A stretch of DNA of 64,000 bases. It comes from Alphaproteobacteria bacterium (GTDB lineage Bacteria; Pseudomonadota; Alphaproteobacteria; UBA8317). The stretch spans positions 52,262 to 116,261 of the forward strand of contig JAYPQH010000037.1 in the NCBI GenBank assembly GCA_038131935.1. Reading direction: 5' to 3'. A program made the position numbers and the translations under genes. The notes beneath the pieces are model-generated. The model saw only the letters and a program-made list of their open reading frames with translations. It did not search any database and was not told the DNA's origin. Positions 61,500-64,000 of this stretch are shown one piece after another. Positions within the stretch are counted from its first letter, which is position 1. Each line of letters starts with the position of its first letter.

Positions 61500-62180
61500 A
61501 TGGTTGCGTTGGTAAATTTCTTTGGACTTGCAAACCCTCGTCGTTTCATGAAGTTCACCGATTATGCATTGCCAGCATCCACGATATTGGCAATTGCACT
61601 AACCGTTTGTGGTCTTTATTGGGGATTGGTTCTTGCGCCAGAAGATTATCAACAAGGTGACACGGTGCGGATTATGTTTGTCCATGTGCCCTCGGCTTGG
61701 ATGGCGATGGCTTGTTATGCTGTGATTGCGCTGGCAAGTTTGAGCTCTCTTATTTGGCGTCATCCCCTCGCGGATATGGCCGCACGTCAAACCGCTCCCA
61801 TTGGCGCTCTATTTACTGCGTTGGCGCTTATTACAGGATCATTATGGGGTGCGCCCATGTGGGGTACCTGGTGGGTTTGGGATGCGCGATTAACATCTGT
61901 TTTGGTGCTTTTGTTTTTGTATATTGGGTATATGGCCCTTTGGGCAGCTATGGATGACCCCGTGAGGGCAGGGCGCGCTGCGGCCGTGCTTGCACTTGTG
62001 GGGGCTGTAAACTTACCCATCATCAAGTTTTCTGTTGACTGGTGGAATACACTCCATCAACCAGCAAGCGTTGCGCGCTTTGATGGCCCTACTATTCATG
62101 AAAGCATTCTCATTCCCTTACTTATTATGGCTGCTGCATTTAAAGCATATTATGCCATGGTGCTCATGGTACGCATGTAA
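61500..62180 (+). CDS. ccmC: Heme exporter CcmC (C-terminus probably truncated at the composition junction)
   Basis: HVPSAW, WWD motif TGSLWGAPMWGTWWVWDARLTS, WWNTLHQ. Confidence 0.93.
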   Translation: MVALVNFFGLANPRRFMKFTDYALPASTILAIALTVCGLYWGLVLAPEDYQQGDTVRIMFVHVPSAWMAMACYAVIALASLSSLIWRHPLADMAARQTAPIGALFTALALITGSLWGAPMWGTWWVWDARLTSVLVLLFLYIGYMALWAAMDDPVRAGRAAAVLALVGAVNLPIIKFSVDWWNTLHQPASVARFDGPTIHESILIPLLIMAAAFKAYYAMVLMVRM

Positions 62181-62224
62181 AATATTGATTCGTAACTCAA
62201 GTCAAAAAGACGGACGAAACTAAT

Positions 62225-62614
62225 TATAATCATTATAACATTTGTACAAGATATCTAACAAAACCACTAATTCATAGAATAAATATTTTGATATCTACTG
62301 TTTTTAAAAAATCAAAAAATATAGATGATGAAAGTAATATTTTAATAAAATTTTTATAAAATTAAAGAAATTACACCCGTCAGATAAAATAAAAATAGTT
62401 TATATACCTGATAATACGTGTTTTTCTAAAAATGAATAAATCTTAGAAAAATATTAATACCTTAAAAAAATTTAGGAGATTTGCGTTTTTATGATTTTTT
62501 GAATACATAAATAATAACTTTAAAGATTATAGATCTTTATATGCTCTTGGTATTGATCGAGCTCATCTTTCTGAAGTTGGATATGTTGAATTAATAAAAT
62601 TTATAAATAAATAA
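62225..62614 (+). pseudogene. Fragmented 3' end of an SGNH/GDSL-like hydrolase-domain gene
   Basis: Fragments YIPDNTCF and KDYRSLYALGIDRAHLSEVGYVELIKFINK* (D..H.S..GY motif) in broken frames; start boundary approximate. Confidence 0.35.
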
Positions 62615-62689
62615 TGTTAATTTTCAAAATTATATAAGCAATAAAATGTATAGTTCTATAACTAAAGAAAAATATTATTTATAATATTA

Positions 62690-62953
62690 ATGAAAAAAAT
62701 AAAAATTTATACAACTACCTATTGTCCATTTTGTGTGAAAGCTAAAGAACTATTAAAAAAGAAAAATATTAAATTTCAAGAAATCAATTTAATTGACCAT
62801 CCAGAAGAATTAGATGAAATGATAAAAAAATCAAAAGGTGCCAGAACTGTCCCTCAAATATTTGCGGATGATAACCATATTGGTGATTGTGATTATATTC
62901 ATCAACTTGATAGAGAAAATAAGCTTGATAATTTATTAGGTATTAAAAAATGA
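62690..62953 (+). CDS. grxC: Glutaredoxin 3
   Basis: CPFC, TVPQIF, HIGDCD. Confidence 0.92.
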   Translation: MKKIKIYTTTYCPFCVKAKELLKKKNIKFQEINLIDHPEELDEMIKKSKGARTVPQIFADDNHIGDCDYIHQLDRENKLDNLLGIKK

Positions 62954-63648
62954 CTTTATATTTTTTATCATTCTTTGCGGGGATTATAAGTTTTATAACA
63001 CCGTGTGTTCTTCCTTTGGTTCCTGGTTTTATATCTTTTATATGCGGAACTACTTTTGAAAATTTAAATAAAGAGAGTCAAAAAATTATTTTAAAAAATA
63101 CTATTTTGTTTACTTTGGGATTTTCGATAGTTTTTATTTCTCTAGGTGCAACCGCTACTATAATTGGTAGTTTTATTTTAAAATATTCAAAAGTTTTTAC
63201 TTACATTGTAGGATTTATTATTATTTTCTTTAGCTTAAATATGATCGGCTTATTGCAACTAAGATTGCTAAGCCAAGATTTAAAATATCATTTTCACCAA
63301 CAAACTAACAAAACTTATTTTCCACTCTTGGTAGGTATTGGTTTTGGTTTTGGTTGGTCTCCTTGTATAGGACCAATTTTAGGATCTGTGTTAGCACTGG
63401 CATCATTAGAAACAACCGTTCTTAAGGGAGTTGTTTTACTAGCCATTTACTCTCTTGGTCTTTCTATTCCATTTATTTTAGCGGGAGTTTATTTTACAAA
63501 ATTTTTAATTTTCTCTAAATTCACAAGAGTCCACACGGTTACTATTTTGAAAGCAAGCGGTTATGTATTACTTGTAACTGGAGTATTAATTGTAACTGGA
63601 AAACTTCAAGTTATAGGATTTTTTATTTTAGATATTTTTCCTTTTTAG
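62950..63648 (+). CDS. ccdA: Cytochrome c biogenesis protein CcdA (DsbD-type TM domain)
   Basis: SFITPCVLPLVP, FGWSPCIGPILG, YSLGLSIPF; last codons probably frameshifted in a T-run. Confidence 0.9.
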   Translation: MTLYFLSFFAGIISFITPCVLPLVPGFISFICGTTFENLNKESQKIILKNTILFTLGFSIVFISLGATATIIGSFILKYSKVFTYIVGFIIIFFSLNMIGLLQLRLLSQDLKYHFHQQTNKTYFPLLVGIGFGFGWSPCIGPILGSVLALASLETTVLKGVVLLAIYSLGLSIPFILAGVYFTKFLIFSKFTRVHTVTILKASGYVLLVTGVLIVTGKLQVIGFFILDIFPF

Positions 63649-63654
63649 GAAAAT

Positions 63655-64000
63655 TAGATAGAAAAATAAACTTTATTCTTTAAAACTAAATTATATTGAT
63701 AATCTTTGCTTTTAACACTTCGTTAGAAATATTAAGTTCTACATCATTTAAAGTAATTATTTCATCTTTTTTTATATTTTTTTTCATGATAGCTCCATCT
63801 GATAATCCAAGTGGTAGTATTTTTTCTTTTTAGATTGTTGGGAAGTAATTAATCTTCCTCAGCAAAAAACCACCTTCCCCATCTAAAGTTTCTCCAACTT
63901 TTAAATCTTTTTTTGCATAACAAGCAACATCAGCATTATAATATTTTGTATATCCGGTCGCTTTATTATCTAGAGCAATGGAATAAACTGATTGCGCAAG
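63655..64000 (-). CDS. C-terminal SAF domain of an NAD(P)-dependent oxidoreductase (partial, several indels)
   Basis: Manual translation: ADVACYAKKDLKVGETLDGEGGF ... ILPLGLSDGAIMKKNIKKDEIITLNDVEL; 3' end approximate. Confidence 0.65.

Larger units (their letters stand above)
62180..64000. other. AT-rich foreign segment (SAR11-like); probable chimeric join
   Basis: Sample 60-mers: 61801-61860 has 30/60 G+C, 62281-62340 has 9/60; codon usage switches and indel density rises. Confidence 0.8.

Noticed and set aside
62950-63648. ccdA as a functional continuation of the ccm operon
   Set aside because: It lies beyond the composition break, so its proximity to ccmC is probably coincidental
1-64000. 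CRISPR arrays, tRNA/rRNA genes, IS elements, prophage or defence systems
   Set aside because: No spaced direct repeats, cloverleaf motifs, transposase, integrase or phage ORFs were seen; intergenic gaps are short. This was a by-eye scan only

Overview
Gene-dense chromosomal segment of an alphaproteobacterium, probably marine, with moderate GC (roughly 45-50% by eye). It runs to about position 62,180, then switches abruptly to about 1.8 kb of very AT-rich, SAR11-like DNA. In order it holds: an ATM1-type ABC transporter; a sulfur module (YeeE, exported rhodanese, divergent Lrp regulator, exported GlcG/HbpS protein); rmuC, kefC and mnmC; a ~23 kb acyl-CoA catabolic supercluster; a glpKD / acyl-CoA divergon; housekeeping genes (folD, argG, rlmN, htpG, phaR); tesA-ybbAP; a diverged Gld-like ABC operon; and ccmAB-dadA-ccmC. 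The supercluster contains liuABCDE, mmsAB, several acyl-CoA enzymes and a CoA-ligase-linked HAAT ABC importer. The most interesting signal is a crotonase that closely resembles DmdD (methylthioacryloyl-CoA hydratase, methanethiol-releasing). It overlaps mmsA inside the branched-chain amino acid cluster, with no recognisable dmdA/dmdB/dmdC in the window. Six genes carry frameshifts, mostly single-base changes in homopolymer runs, which look like long-read errors, and the AT-rich tail is probably a chimeric join. No rRNA, tRNA, CRISPR array or IS element was seen. All product calls come from motif recognition, not database searches.
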